64,000 nt of DNA from Trypanosoma brucei (taxonomy: Eukaryota). The stretch lies in contig CP000067.1 in the NCBI GenBank assembly GCA_000002445.1, positions 896,001 to 960,000 of the forward strand, read 5' to 3'. A program made the position numbers and the translations under genes. Below, piece after piece: positions 11,282-22,629 of the stretch (positions are counted from its first letter, which is position 1; each line of letters starts with the position of its first letter). Under the pieces are notes generated by a model. That model searched no databases, had not been told where the DNA came from, and was given only the letters and a program-made list of their open reading frames with translations.

Positions 11282-13546
11282 CTAACTAACCCAGTTGTTG
11301 GTGCGCTGCAGCACTTCGAGGATCTTCTCCATGTAAACGCGAAACTCCTCGGGACGCATATTTCCATCACTTCCGCTGAAATTTTGTCCCTGAATAATCG
11401 AATGCCCGCCGTACGATTGGTCCCCGTTCGCAACTACAATACGGTCACCACTGCGCTCCTCGTTAAGGTCTTTGCCATTTTTTGGCCTTCTTTGATGGAC
11501 GCAGTACGGTTTTTTAACTAAGAAATGAGCCCGTGAGTCCAAGACGGTTGGCTCGGTAGGGGGTGGCTGGAGTGTTGCGAGAAAAGTCTCTCGGGGCTTA
11601 TGTTCGTAGTCGTAGCGTAAAAGCGCGAGTTGGGTGCGGAGGCCACTAAGTTCGCTTTCCATTGCGTTGTCGCCATAGACACGATAGACTTCATCCAGTA
11701 TGTACTTCCGCTCCTCGGGGGTAAGGTCGTAGCGACGCCGATCCGCCCATAAGAGCAGCTCATCAAGCCATGATGCTTTGAATGTGTTGCAAGAGCGTGT
11801 TGCATACCGATACAGTTCCAGTAGCTTGGGGGACTCAGTGCGCAAGTATACCTTCATCAGCCGGGACACGATGCGGGAACTGAATGGAATCCCTTTTTCA
11901 CTGACAGCCCGAGAAACCTCGCCTGCACCACCACCGGGATCTGTAGAATTGTGAGCATGTTGAAGGAGAGCACAGAAATAAACCTCCTCATTAGAATGGG
12001 TCAGGAGTAACTCACGACATGGTCGAAGGTATTCCTCTTCAAAGCGAGGAACCTGACATTTCGACAAGGCAAGAAGAGAAGTTTGCAGCAAATATTCATT
12101 GCCACGGCGGTCCTCCACGCGGGTGGCGTCGGACAGCGCGTCCTTAGCCTGCACAAAAGCGCCGAGAGCCACATCTGCCGCCCTCATCTCTCCTGCTGCA
12201 ATAAGTACAATGCTCCATACGCTAATGCTTAGCTTCTCCCCACAGCGTAGCATTGCTCGTGCGGTGAAAACAATCTTTCTGTTATCCTTTGCCGCATGCA
12301 ATACAGTGAGAAGTTGAAAGAAGAGGTAGTCGGAAACGCCCTCCATTATTTTCTCACATTCACCAACTGCACGGAAATCTTGCCCATCTGCGGCTGTTCC
12401 GGATCGCATCGCACGCGAGCGATGCCCCAAAAGAACATCACAGCCCACACTCTCCACACCAAGGCGGGACCCAACTTCATCAAAGTAATGTAACGCCTCG
12501 TGGACGTGCTGCCCCGCCCTGCAGGTTGCAATAAGGGTAGCGTAGAACCATTGTTCTTCGGATATTACCCCATGATCAACGCGAGTAGCGCCATTTGCAC
12601 TTCCGCCGTAGGAGACCTCACCACTACCAGTGTCACTGGTGGTGATACTCAAATTGGAGCCGCCTTCTTCCGTCAAGTTCGTGGTGCCACATCCTCTACG
12701 AAGGAAGCCGCGTCGAAGGCAGAAGCGAAAGAAAAGCATTTCCCCCTCGTCTCCGCATGATGCATACTGCACAAACCGCCTAACTGTGTATATGGCATCT
12801 TGCACACTGAGCTCCCGGGAGGCCTCGGGGTATAGAACTGCAATGTACTCCTTAAATATGTACGCGGCATCTTGAAGGGCTTGTTTAGCATCAACAGAGC
12901 GCGCTTTTTCAAGATGTGCGACAATGCAAACACAGCGCCAGAAGGTGCGGGCCAACGAAAATGAACTCATCACCTCCCAGCCAAGCGAGGGTTCGTGCTG
13001 GAGGTGCTTCATGCAGTGGGCTCCCAAACGGACCAAATCACTTGTACTTCCGAGGCTGTAGGCACTGTCCACAACGGAATCGGAGACGGCGAAGCTACCC
13101 GCCACGCTATTAGCCTCAGCCATAGAGGAAGAGCACACGAGGTTCGCACGACCATAGTAAATTGCAAGACAGAGTTCGTGCAGACCCGCCACGTGTGCCA
13201 ACTGCCCATACTCACGCACACACTTGTAGCTCACCTCCGCTAACCGTCGGCTAAGAAGCTCAGAAACGTGTGCGTGGACTGCCGCGGTCTGACTTGGGTC
13301 AAAATTGGTTCGACTGAAACGATGTAAACGGCGACTGAACTCCTCTGTTGAGAGGAAGGTTAATTCTTTTGCCATGTGTCTGTACGCCTCCGTGCTTGTG
13401 TCGACATGAACCATTGTTTTTGCGCCCACACGCGCTGCTAACGGGGTGACTCCAACGCCGCTAACACTCCTGATGGTATTTTTCCCGCTTCCATACTTGA
13501 AAACTGGCAGCACACTCGCGACGTGTGTAAAGAACCGACTCCTCAT
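11282..13546 (-). CDS. Hypothetical 754-aa protein, helical-repeat rich; N-terminus resembles a mitochondrial presequence (MRSRFFTHVASVLPVFKYGSGKNTIRS)
   Basis: Long ATG-initiated ORF with no identifiable catalytic motifs. Repeated Leu/Ala-rich helical segments are compatible with a PPR/TPR-like organisation. This is inference only. Confidence 0.45.
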   Translation of the reverse strand: MRSRFFTHVASVLPVFKYGSGKNTIRSVSGVGVTPLAARVGAKTMVHVDTSTEAYRHMAKELTFLSTEEFSRRLHRFSRTNFDPSQTAAVHAHVSELLSRRLAEVSYKCVREYGQLAHVAGLHELCLAIYYGRANLVCSSSMAEANSVAGSFAVSDSVVDSAYSLGSTSDLVRLGAHCMKHLQHEPSLGWEVMSSFSLARTFWRCVCIVAHLEKARSVDAKQALQDAAYIFKEYIAVLYPEASRELSVQDAIYTVRRFVQYASCGDEGEMLFFRFCLRRGFLRRGCGTTNLTEEGGSNLSITTSDTGSGEVSYGGSANGATRVDHGVISEEQWFYATLIATCRAGQHVHEALHYFDEVGSRLGVESVGCDVLLGHRSRAMRSGTAADGQDFRAVGECEKIMEGVSDYLFFQLLTVLHAAKDNRKIVFTARAMLRCGEKLSISVWSIVLIAAGEMRAADVALGAFVQAKDALSDATRVEDRRGNEYLLQTSLLALSKCQVPRFEEEYLRPCRELLLTHSNEEVYFCALLQHAHNSTDPGGGAGEVSRAVSEKGIPFSSRIVSRLMKVYLRTESPKLLELYRYATRSCNTFKASWLDELLLWADRRRYDLTPEERKYILDEVYRVYGDNAMESELSGLRTQLALLRYDYEHKPRETFLATLQPPPTEPTVLDSRAHFLVKKPYCVHQRRPKNGKDLNEERSGDRIVVANGDQSYGGHSIIQGQNFSGSDGNMRPEEFRVYMEKILEVLQRTNNWVS

Positions 13547-14084
13547 GGTGTATACTTGCGGCCTTCAGAATGGGGGTTTGTGCGTGTTTAACTCAACTCA
13601 CAGACGCCAAACAAACACTTTCTCTATAGGCATGCTCTGCTCTCATAGTGTGCGATTTAGAGGCCGCCGCGTGAAGAGGAAGTGGAAGGGTGGTAGGAAC
13701 AAAAACGGAAGGTTGTAAAAGCGTTGGAAAGGGGGGGAAAAGACTTACAGATACTAGTCAACACTCATGGAAAAAGAGATAGAGAGGGACATAAGAAAAG
13801 CACACAATCGATCAAAACAAACGCGTGCCGCCAGAGAGAATCAACGCCCACCCTGAAAGCTCACATGCTGCGGGTGGGCAACTCAGCATCACATAAAAGA
13901 AAAGGGAACCGGAGGATGCAACGGAACTAAACAATATGTCCCTGGCTCAAAGCCTAGTATGCCAGGCATTTGCACCCCCTCCACCACTGTTCCTGCCTTC
14001 GACTTCAGCGCTGTCACGCCTACATCTCGACAGCACCGCGCATACTTCCCTTCCTCTCTTCCCGCACCGCTGCCGCATGAGAGT

Positions 14085-15224
14085 TCACTTCTGGAGCCCC
14101 TTTAGCGCTGCTGATATGTCGGCAAAGTGTAGCTTGATCCTCGGCTTCACGTTGTCCCCTCCCTTTTCCTCCGCAACGGCAACCGGGGTAGCAGGGGCGT
14201 GCCTATTAATCAACTCTAGAATGGGTCCGTTATTCCATAGCTGCCATTCTGCTGAATTTGCACTGTTCTTCTTCTTTCCCACCCATTTCCCCCAAGCACT
14301 TCCTGGGTCCTCAAGATCACCCTCACATCGCTGCAAGGGCATGGGCGCCTCCGCGTCGGGAAGAGCAAACACGCGCTGATGCAACAAGTTGCATGTTGCC
14401 TCGTCGCCATTGCAAAGACCCATTAGAAAGCATATGCAAAGGTCGTACGGTGCGCCGCGGAAAAGACAGGTTTCGCCGTGTAGGCAACTACCCCACACAC
14501 GGTGGCATGGGTGCTTGCTACTTTCCAGTGATTGCTGCTGTTGTGACGCAGCTGTCATCCCCCTAGCTAGCAGTGCTCCACCAACGTTGCCTGCATTCGA
14601 AACGGTGTTCATCGCCGTCGCTGGAAGCTGCTGAATGTGAGTTGGGCGGCTTCCCCCTGGAATAGTCGGCACCGCCACACGGTCGGCCGAAGGCGCCACA
14701 GCTTCAGCAGGCCGACTCGCGATGTCCTCCGACATCTCCATAACCCTCGAAGGTGTGTAATTTAACCAGGAAAGGAGGGAGGGAAACGGAACAACACGAC
14801 TCGGGCGGTACGTGCGTGGCCTAATGATACGCGTGAAACATCGTGTGCAAAGCATCAATTGGTGCACAGCATCGATAGCAAGTGAATCAGATATGATGTT
14901 ATCGCGACGGCACTTGTTGCAGTAGAAGGAAACTTGCTCTGAAAGTTGCCAGAGTTTCGTATTCGGGGCGGCGCTTGTGTTTGCATCGAGTGGGGTCTTC
15001 TTATTGCGTGCGCTAAATGTCCTGAAATTGTTAAATGTTAAACGCCTGGGGCCACCACGGTCACTGCCTGCCACCTGCGACACCACAGCACCAGAACCGC
15101 CTGAGGCAGGAGCAATAGCAACAATGGCACCCGCAGAGGTGTCGGAAGGACGAGGTTGATGGTAATTAGCACGCCCGTGTTTATTGTACGGCTCCCCCCT
15201 GTTGTAGACACCACGTGAGTGCAT
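14085..15224 (-). CDS. Hypothetical Cys/His-rich protein with putative zinc-finger-like clusters
   Basis: The track ORF begins at 15323 with GTG inside a (CA)n microsatellite (MCVCVWVCG), which is an artefact. The first ATG is M34 (MHSRGVYNRG…). It contains C-x2-C…C-x2-C and CHRVWGSCLHGETC…CNLLH clusters. Confidence 0.4.
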   Translation of the reverse strand: MHSRGVYNRGEPYNKHGRANYHQPRPSDTSAGAIVAIAPASGGSGAVVSQVAGSDRGGPRRLTFNNFRTFSARNKKTPLDANTSAAPNTKLWQLSEQVSFYCNKCRRDNIISDSLAIDAVHQLMLCTRCFTRIIRPRTYRPSRVVPFPSLLSWLNYTPSRVMEMSEDIASRPAEAVAPSADRVAVPTIPGGSRPTHIQQLPATAMNTVSNAGNVGGALLARGMTAASQQQQSLESSKHPCHRVWGSCLHGETCLFRGAPYDLCICFLMGLCNGDEATCNLLHQRVFALPDAEAPMPLQRCEGDLEDPGSAWGKWVGKKKNSANSAEWQLWNNGPILELINRHAPATPVAVAEEKGGDNVKPRIKLHFADISAALKGLQK

Positions 15225-15298
15225 GACGCACCTTTTTTTTTCCTCACCCGGCTCGTCTGGATCGCTGGGAGGCCACGAACCTTTCTCCAACTTTGCCC

Positions 15299-15330
15299 CA
15301 CACACCCACACACACACACACACGCACGCA
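15299..15330. repeat. (CA)n-rich microsatellite
   Basis: cacacccacacacacacacacacgcacgca. It generates the spurious MCVCVWVCG N-terminus on the minus strand. Confidence 0.7.
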
Positions 15331-15750
15331 GCTTTGCTTTCTTTGCTAACTATCCCCCTTCTCCAATTTTATTTTCCTTAATGTCTAATGCTCAAAACCA
15401 CCTCCACACAAATGCTGCGCGGCGCAAAATGCGGGGTTAACTTAAGTTCCCCTTAACTCAGGTGGGTAAAGAGGCGAAGACACAACCGGATGGAGTGGGG
15501 AAAACAAAAAAGGAGAACTGTTGATGGCGTCGCGGAAATGGCGAGCGGGGGCAACGCAGAAGGCAGCGAAAGCAACAGAAGAGAAGGGGGAGGGCGGCAC
15601 CATAAAGGCCCACCATATCCATATCCCCGTGCACAAAAAAAGGATGAATATATGCAAAAAGAAATAAAAACAAAAGGTGATCAGTCGAGCCCCTGAGGTA
15701 CTGCAAACCCTCTCACAGAAGAAGCAGCGGCAGCCGCATCTTCACTCCCA

Positions 15751-16419
15751 TCACGCAAGACCAAACTTCTTGAGAACCTCCACATTCTTCTGGGGCATCT
15801 TCTTGAGGGCCTCCTTGCGGGCATTCTTCCAAGCGACGCGAACCTTCTCCATCTTCTTGTGGTGACGCCCGGACTTTTCAATACGGGCTGCCTCAAGTTT
15901 CTCCACAACGTCGCTGTACTTCCATCCAACGTGTTTGCACATGTTACCCAACACCGTGAAGCGGCGCTCGTTACGGTAGCAGTTGTGACGCTGCGCCTTG
16001 GGAATCACTACACGACCACCGGTACGCACGACGTTGACGGGTACGCCCTCGTAAGCAACGAGCTGGCGGAGCGCGCGCTGGCCTCGCTTTGTGTAACGCG
16101 GCAGCATGGAGCGAACTGTCCGGATAAACACATCAGAGGGGCTACGGTGGTGAAAGGGTCCAAGTTTCGGGTTGGACAGCTTCCGCTTGCGAAGGAACTG
16201 CAGGTACTTGATCTTGTTGCGAATCTCCGACCCAGCGATAGTCAGCTTCTCACAGCGAACCACAGTAATCTTCTTTCCGAGAAGCAGCTGTTTGGCGACT
16301 ATCGCGGCCGCACGACCCAACACATGGTCCTTCAGGTCAATAACAATAATGTCTGGACGGTGCTTCTTAAAGCCCTTGCGGCTGCTGCGATTCAGGGACC
16401 TACGGCTGGGAAGAACCAT
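15751..16419 (-). CDS. RPL13A: 60S ribosomal protein L13a (uL13)
   Basis: Strong match to the L13a family: IVIDLKDHVLGRAAAIVAKQLLLGKKITVVRCE…YLQFLRKR…GPFHHRSPS…RTVRSMLP…KRGQRALRQL. The first 120 aa of the track ORF are an upstream extension. The start was moved to the internal ATG (MVLPSRRS), giving 222 aa. Confidence 0.9.
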   Translation of the reverse strand: MVLPSRRSLNRSSRKGFKKHRPDIIVIDLKDHVLGRAAAIVAKQLLLGKKITVVRCEKLTIAGSEIRNKIKYLQFLRKRKLSNPKLGPFHHRSPSDVFIRTVRSMLPRYTKRGQRALRQLVAYEGVPVNVVRTGGRVVIPKAQRHNCYRNERRFTVLGNMCKHVGWKYSDVVEKLEAARIEKSGRHHKKMEKVRVAWKNARKEALKKMPQKNVEVLKKFGLA

Positions 16420-17573
16420 CGTCCAGGCGTTTGACGGTGCTTTCCCTCCGTTGACTACCAAGAGGTTGCTAGGCAAAACGGAGGGTAAATGCCGAGAAAA
16501 CGTTGGGATTTTTTTAAAAAAAATCAAGCGAAGAGAACGTTGAAAGAATGTCAATATTTGTGAATGAGCCGGGGTACGGCCACTCAGCAGCGCAAAGTGG
16601 TACTGCGGGAGGACCAAAAGCCGGGTAGCTAACCAAACCGCGCCCTTTGAGCCAAGTGTAAGAAGTCCCCGAAAATGAAGGGGGAATCTTACTGAGATGA
16701 GCTTGTGACTGAGTGCAAAAAGGAACAGAATTTGCAAACCCTTCATATTGCCGAGAGGAGCACGCACACATACACGCATTTAAGTATATAAGAGCAGACG
16801 ACGCATAAACCGGCACAGCACAACCGTCTGCAAATCCGTGCAAAATGTGGCTGCGGTGAACACTATACGAGCAAGTTCACTCAACGTTACACACATAGTC
16901 AAGTGAAAGACCACTGAGGATGCTTGTAAGTGCGCACGTGCACGAATACATCTACATTTCTGTCCGTGTATTTGTTCGTTTGTTTTTGGACAAAGATGAA
17001 CAGAGACTAAAAGCAAACAATGCGCCGGTCCAGCAGTACAATCCACACACCGAATTGGGTATCCCATCCGTAAATGAAGAACACACCGTCCTCCCTCAAA
17101 GTGATGGTCCCACGCTCAAAAATTCGCAATCGCCGATTCTGCTCCCTCCCCTCCCACTTTAGAACAAAATCAGAAAACACGCAAGTTTGAATTTTCGCAA
17201 AAACAAAGTGTTCCCTTCATTTCGCTCACTATTTCACCTTTCGTTAATATTTATTCACTTCGTCACGCTTAATTCACCACAGGGCACGCAAGCGTTACAC
17301 TCCTGACCTATCACTGCCCTTCCCGTTGCCCCCCCCCTCTCATCAGACCAGCACCCAAAAACGTACACGTAGGCACTCCCTCAGCCACCTCTGCGACTAC
17401 CGCAAGAGTACCTTCCCCACAGTTATATTCTTCATTCAACACAGCACCAAACAAAACAACAGCTTCCCTCACATTTCCTCGAGCAATTCAGTACCCTTAC
17501 CCCTCCTTTACTTCCATTAAACATAAACAACTAACACATAGTAATCTATTTGCTCCTACCCGTCACATCGCAC

Positions 17574-18554
17574 TTAATCGTATTGTGGTCTAAATATCTC
17601 AAAGCGGCACTTACAGTTTTCGTCCATAATCATCATAGCACCGCTGTTAGTAAACTCACCGCAGTAATTCGAGGCGCTGAAAATGGTTACAAGCTGCCGT
17701 CCCGCAAAAAATTGGTAACCTTTATCAACAACCTGGTGAGCGCGGAGAACAACGTCAATATCAAGCCTTTCACATGTTTCCTTAACGATGTCTTCCCCAA
17801 ACGTGTAGCTGACACCGCGCTCACTCTCCATCCAACCACTTCCCGCCTCCTCGGGATCAGCCCAGAGCAGATCACACGCAAGTCCGGTGTCAGGAACGAT
17901 AAGTGGGCGCTCGATCCTCTCAATCTGTCGTAAGTTGCGTAGGTCCGGGCTCAGACCACCGTGCATGCAGAGTGCAATGTCATCAATGAGCGCAGCAATC
18001 GGCAAACAATTGAACACATCAGTGAACTCCTTGAATAGTTTCACTGAAAAACGCCGCTTCACCTCATCAAAGAAACCGTATATCCTGCAGATGCTGTCGG
18101 ATTCATGATTGCCACGAAGAACACACATGCCGTCAGGGTACAGGATCTTCAATCCCAGAAGCACAACAATCACCTCCGTCCCATGCTTCCCACGATCTAC
18201 GTAATCGCCTAAAAACAGGTAGTTCGTTGCGGGAGGCATCCCACCGGCACGGAATATCTCTACAAGATCACCAATTTGGCCATGAATGTCTCCACAGACG
18301 TTGATCGGAGCCTGCAGTCGAACCAGCATGGGTTGGGCCATGAGGATGGGCCGAACAAGTCGGAGAATGGTGCTTATTATTTGGCCATCCAGCAACTCCT
18401 GGGCTGATTGCCAATCTTTCAGGATTGATTCCACTAGACGCTGAATGGTTTCTCTGTCACGATTAGAAGGGTCTGGCCGAGCTCCGTGGGACCACCGCCC
18501 AGATTGTGCCTCAGACGAATTGGTACGTCCCCGTTTCCGCACAATAGTCGACAT
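17574..18554 (-). CDS. Ser/Thr protein phosphatase, PPP family (PP1-like, divergent, with N-terminal extension)
   Basis: Metallophosphatase motifs GDIHGQ, GDYVDRG and GNHE are present, together with [13 protein letters not shown] and a SASNYCGEF-type C-terminus. 326 aa. Confidence 0.85.
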   Translation of the reverse strand: MSTIVRKRGRTNSSEAQSGRWSHGARPDPSNRDRETIQRLVESILKDWQSAQELLDGQIISTILRLVRPILMAQPMLVRLQAPINVCGDIHGQIGDLVEIFRAGGMPPATNYLFLGDYVDRGKHGTEVIVVLLGLKILYPDGMCVLRGNHESDSICRIYGFFDEVKRRFSVKLFKEFTDVFNCLPIAALIDDIALCMHGGLSPDLRNLRQIERIERPLIVPDTGLACDLLWADPEEAGSGWMESERGVSYTFGEDIVKETCERLDIDVVLRAHQVVDKGYQFFAGRQLVTIFSASNYCGEFTNSGAMMIMDENCKCRFEIFRPQYD

Positions 18555-19104
18555 CCACAGCTCACACCAAAGTCTCTCCTCGAACAGTTAGAGTCCAAGT
18601 CTAATGTTAAAAAAATTTCACCCAGGGCTGGGAAAAACAGCAAGTCCCACAGTAGACGGCACAAGAAAACCTTGTTGAATGTACCTCACACCTTTGCCGA
18701 ACAGAATGGTCAGTGGGAGAAAAGGCTAGCTGAGTACCTGCTGTTGTGGTCCTTTTTGACGCGGCCTCACCTCACCCTCTGAATGGAGCGCCGTGTCACC
18801 CTAGTATACCTGACTAACATGCACGCAAGTTTAATAAATAATTCGACAGAGGGAAAGGAGCGGAATATTCCAAACAGCATAACAGTACATGGGGCAGCAG
18901 CACGAGGTGGTGTCGAACCTCCACCACCACCCATCTACGACATACACACACATGCACACAGATGCAAACAACTTATCGGATTAGCAGCATTATATAATAT
19001 GGAGAATAAAACCGAAAAAAAAAAATACCATTTCTCCTATTTTCCTCGTATCCCTTAGACCATTTAACTCTTCATCCTATCCCCCTTGCCTCTGGAATGG
19101 GCGA

Positions 19105-19785
19105 CTAGATTTTATTCCAGGCCACAATGTCCATTGACTGTACGGCATCTCCGAAAGACATGATCATCTCCTCCAGGTCATCTCCAGACACCTTATCGTC
19201 CTCAATGACAACCAACTGTTGCAGCTTCTTAACTCCGAACGCAATGGGTACCAGTTTGTGGTCACCCCACAGTAGACCGTCTCTCTTAATTGCATGGAGT
19301 TCCGTGGCAAGCTTTTGCAAATCCACTGTATCATCCCACGGCTTGATGTCAAACAGGATTGATGACTTTGCAATGATAACCTTCTTTGTGCTCTTGGCTG
19401 CGGCATCCTTCTTCTTCTTCGCCTCCAGGGCTGCAAGCTCCTCCTCCGTGGTCTCACCGAAGAGATCGATGTCATCGTCGTCGGCCTCAGCAGCCTTCCT
19501 TGCTGGGGTAGCAGCGGGAGCAGCAGCGGGGGCAGCAGCGGGGGCAGCGACAGGAGCGGCAACAGGGGGCGTGATCTTCACGGGGGCACCCCAGGCAGTG
19601 CGCTCGGCCTCGGTAAAAGAGGCGATATTCTTCACCCAGCGGAATACATTCGTATTGTCTCCACCGAGCAGATCGTTGAATGCCTTTACATCCTCCTCGG
19701 AGGGCTTCACGCCACCCAAAAATAGTTTCCCCTTAAGCTTCTCCTCCAGCTTCCCGCTCTTCACATTGACGTCCTTGATCGACAT
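19105..19785 (-). CDS. EF1B: Translation elongation factor 1-beta, copy 1
   Basis: EF1B guanine-nucleotide-exchange domain (…SILFDIKPWDDTVDLQKLATELHAIKRDGLLWGDHKLVPIAFGVKKLQ…VAWNKI). There is an Ala/Pro-rich linker and an acidic DDDDIDLFG motif. The start was moved from the track 'M' to the in-frame ATG (MSIKDVNVKSG). Confidence 0.9.
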   Translation of the reverse strand: MSIKDVNVKSGKLEEKLKGKLFLGGVKPSEEDVKAFNDLLGGDNTNVFRWVKNIASFTEAERTAWGAPVKITPPVAAPVAAPAAAPAAAPAATPARKAAEADDDDIDLFGETTEEELAALEAKKKKDAAAKSTKKVIIAKSSILFDIKPWDDTVDLQKLATELHAIKRDGLLWGDHKLVPIAFGVKKLQQLVVIEDDKVSGDDLEEMIMSFGDAVQSMDIVAWNKI

Positions 19786-19897
19786 GTCCTTCCCGCTTCG
19801 ATTACACACAAATGAGCACTTGTTGTGGCATTTCACAATAGAAAAAAAAGCAAAGGGTATGAAAACGGGAGAATACATATGATCACACATCCGAAAG

Positions 19898-19933
19898 GCA
19901 GAAAGGGGAAAAAAAAGAAGGAAAGGGAAAGGA
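19898..19933 (-). promoter_or_regulatory. Polypyrimidine tract upstream of EF1B copy 1
   Basis: Plus strand ggcagaaaggggaaaaaaaagaaggaaagggaaagga, about 110-150 nt upstream of the EF1B ATG (19785). Repeated at +2057 for copy 2. Confidence 0.45.
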
Positions 19934-19965
19934 CCTGAACTCCGGGCAGTACTTGTACGTGCGCA

Positions 19966-20277
19966 CTAGACATTGGCAGGTGCATCGACAGGGAAGGCAT
20001 CCAACGTACGAAGGACAAGCTTTGTTTGCTCCAATAGCGCCGCAACAGCTGCACGCAACGCCCGCTCCTGCGTGGCACATAGCCTAGCAAACACCGTCGA
20101 TCGCGCACTATCATCAGCCCATAGCTGAACCTCTCTCGATGTGCCAGGGACAGGTGGTTCTACGCGCAATACCTGCAACATGATGGATGCCACCTCAGGG
20201 TTCGGAAGGGGGAGCCGCAGCACACACTGCAGCAAATCGTGGTCCCCACCCCCTGCATCGGGATCCATACGCCTCAT
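19966..20277 (-). CDS. Small hypothetical protein (about 103 aa), duplicated with the EF1B unit
   Basis: The ORF is retained intact in both copies of the 2057-bp unit. The track start is GTG, so the first ATG was used. No family recognised. It could instead be UTR sequence. Confidence 0.3.
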   Translation of the reverse strand: MRRMDPDAGGGDHDLLQCVLRLPLPNPEVASIMLQVLRVEPPVPGTSREVQLWADDSARSTVFARLCATQERALRAAVAALLEQTKLVLRTLDAFPVDAPANV

Positions 20278-21161
20278 CAGCTTGCGAGTCACACTGATGA
20301 CAAACAGGTAACCAACTACACCTTACGTCACCTCCAGCCCAAAGACACAACAGAGAAGGGAGAAGGTTGGCTGCAGGGAACCACTCATGGCCACTTTCGA
20401 GGGGAGTGATACGGTGGGTAACAGGAAGAGGCTCACACCAAAAAGTGGGGCAAAAGGCACCAAAAACATGGGGGCAACCGCAGTTCCCCCCTTCGTATAA
20501 ACCGCAACCTGGGGCAACCAAGGAAAAGACCCTGCAGATCCTCAGCAAGAGCCAAAATACTGAAAGCGGGCGCGGCATTGATAAACTGCATTCGGTAGTG
20601 TATGTTTTCTAACCTGTGGCCGCATGGGCCTTTGTGCAGGACTAGAAGTGTGGTCTAGCAATACGAGAAACAAACGTCATTTACCACCTTCATTATTGTT
20701 GGGGTACAATAGACGGCACAAGAAAACCTTGTTGAATGTACCTCACACCTTTGCCGAACAGAATGGTCAGTGGGAGAAAAGGCTAGCTGAGTACCTGCTG
20801 TTGTGGTCCTTTTTGACGCGGCCTCACCTCACCCTCTGAATGGAGCGCCGTGTCACCCTAGTATACCTGACTAACATGCACGCAAGTTTAATAAATAATT
20901 CGACAGAGGGAAAGGAGCGGAATATTCCAAACAGCATAACAGTACATGGGGCAGCAGCACGAGGTGGTGTCGAACCTCCACCACCACCCATCTACGACAT
21001 ACACACACATGCACACAGATGCAAACAACTTATCGGATTAGCAGCATTATATAATATGGAGAATAAAACCGAAAAAAAAAAATACCATTTCTCCTATTTT
21101 CCTCGTATCCCTTAGACCATTTAACTCTTCATCCTATCCCCCTTGCCTCTGGAATGGGCGA

Positions 21162-21842
21162 CTAGATTTTATTCCAGGCCACAATGTCCATTGACTGTAC
21201 GGCATCTCCGAAAGACATGATCATCTCCTCCAGGTCATCTCCAGACACCTTATCGTCCTCAATGACAACCAACTGTTGCAGCTTCTTAACTCCGAACGCA
21301 ATGGGTACCAGTTTGTGGTCACCCCACAGTAGACCGTCTCTCTTAATTGCATGGAGTTCCGTGGCAAGCTTTTGCAAATCCACTGTATCATCCCACGGCT
21401 TGATGTCAAACAGGATTGATGACTTTGCAATGATAACCTTCTTTGTGCTCTTGGCTGCGGCATCCTTCTTCTTCTTCGCCTCCAGGGCTGCAAGCTCCTC
21501 CTCCGTGGTCTCACCGAAGAGATCGATGTCATCGTCGTCGGCCTCAGCAGCCTTCTTTGCTGGGGTAGCAGCGGGAGCAGCAGCGGGGGCAGCAGCGGGG
21601 GCAGCGACAGGAGCGGCAACAGGGGGCGTGATCTTCACGGGGGCACCCCAGGCAGTGCGCTCGGCCTCGGTAAAAGAGGCGATATTCTTCACCCAGCGGA
21701 ATACATTCGTATTGTCTCCACCGAGCAGATCGTTGAATGCCTTTACATCCTCCTCGGAGGGCTTCACGCCACCCAAAAATAGTTTCCCCTTAAGCTTCTC
21801 CTCCAGCTTCCCGCTCTTCACATTGACGTCCTTGATCGACAT
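21162..21842 (-). CDS. EF1B: Translation elongation factor 1-beta, copy 2 (one R to K substitution relative to copy 1)
   Basis: Same sequence offset by 2057 bp from copy 1. Confidence 0.9.
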   Translation of the reverse strand: MSIKDVNVKSGKLEEKLKGKLFLGGVKPSEEDVKAFNDLLGGDNTNVFRWVKNIASFTEAERTAWGAPVKITPPVAAPVAAPAAAPAAAPAATPAKKAAEADDDDIDLFGETTEEELAALEAKKKKDAAAKSTKKVIIAKSSILFDIKPWDDTVDLQKLATELHAIKRDGLLWGDHKLVPIAFGVKKLQQLVVIEDDKVSGDDLEEMIMSFGDAVQSMDIVAWNKI

Positions 21843-21954
21843 GTCCTTCCCGCTTCGATTACACACAAATGAGCACTTGTTGTGGCATTTCACAATAGAA
21901 AAAAAAGCAAAGGGTATGAAAACGGGAGAATACATATGATCACACATCCGAAAG

Positions 21955-21990
21955 GCAGAAAGGGGAAAAAAAAGAAGGAAAGGGAAAGGA
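21955..21990 (-). promoter_or_regulatory. Polypyrimidine tract upstream of EF1B copy 2
   Basis: Same sequence as 19898-19933, offset by 2057. Confidence 0.45.
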
Positions 21991-22022
21991 CCTGAACTCC
22001 GGGCAGTACTTGTACGTGCGCA

Positions 22023-22334
22023 CTAGACATTGGCAGGTGCATCGACAGGGAAGGCATCCAACGTACGAAGGACAAGCTTTGTTTGCTCCAATAGCGCCGC
22101 AACAGCTGCACGCAACGCCCGCTCCTGCGTGGCACATAGCCTAGCAAACACCGTCGATCGCGCACTATCATCAGCCCATAGCTGAACCTCTCTCGATGTG
22201 CCAGGGACAGGTGGTTCTACGCGCAATACCTGCAACATGATGGATGCCACCTCAGGGTTCGGAAGGGGGAGCCGCAGCACACACTGCAGCAAATCGTGGT
22301 CCCCACCCCCTGCATCGGGATCCATACGCCTCAT
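22023..22334 (-). CDS. Small hypothetical protein, second copy
   Basis: Identical to 19966..20277, offset by 2057 bp. Confidence 0.3.
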   Translation of the reverse strand: MRRMDPDAGGGDHDLLQCVLRLPLPNPEVASIMLQVLRVEPPVPGTSREVQLWADDSARSTVFARLCATQERALRAAVAALLEQTKLVLRTLDAFPVDAPANV

Positions 22335-22629
22335 CAGCTTGCGAGTCACACTGATGACAAACAGGTAACCAACTACACCTTACGTCACCTCCAGCCCAAA
22401 GACACAACAGAGAAGGGAGAAGGTTGGCTGCAGGGAACCACTCATGGCCACTTTCGAGGGGAGTGATACGGTGGGTAACAGGAAGAGGCTCACACCAAAA
22501 AGTGGGGCAAAAGGCACCAAAAACATGGGGGCAACCGCAGTTCCCCCCTTCGTATAAACCGCAACCTGGGGCAACCAAGGAAAAGACCCTGCAGATCCTC
22601 AGCAAGAGCCAAAATACTGAAAGCGGGCG

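Noticed and set aside
15225-15323. N-terminal MCVCVWVCG… extension of the 412-aa ORF
   Set aside because: It starts at GTG inside a (CA)n microsatellite. The track annotates non-ATG starts as M. The first ATG is 33 codons downstream.
15859-16434. 191-aa plus-strand ORF antisense to ribosomal protein L13a (similar antisense ORFs occur opposite most GC-rich genes, e.g. 7444..7860, 38690..39508)
   Set aside because: Long antisense ORFs are expected by chance in GC-rich coding DNA. None has recognisable protein features.
15751-16779. 342-aa form of the L13a ORF
   Set aside because: The first 120 aa have no similarity to L13a and lie upstream of the conserved MVLPSRRS… start. Only the 222-aa form is credible.
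18895-18935. tRNA-like T-loop motif (reverse complement ggttcgacacc) in the EF1B 3' flank
   Set aside because: No acceptor-stem, D-arm or anticodon-arm partners can be formed around it. It sits in a (ccacc)n-like run and is repeated identically in the second EF1B unit as part of the duplicated UTR.
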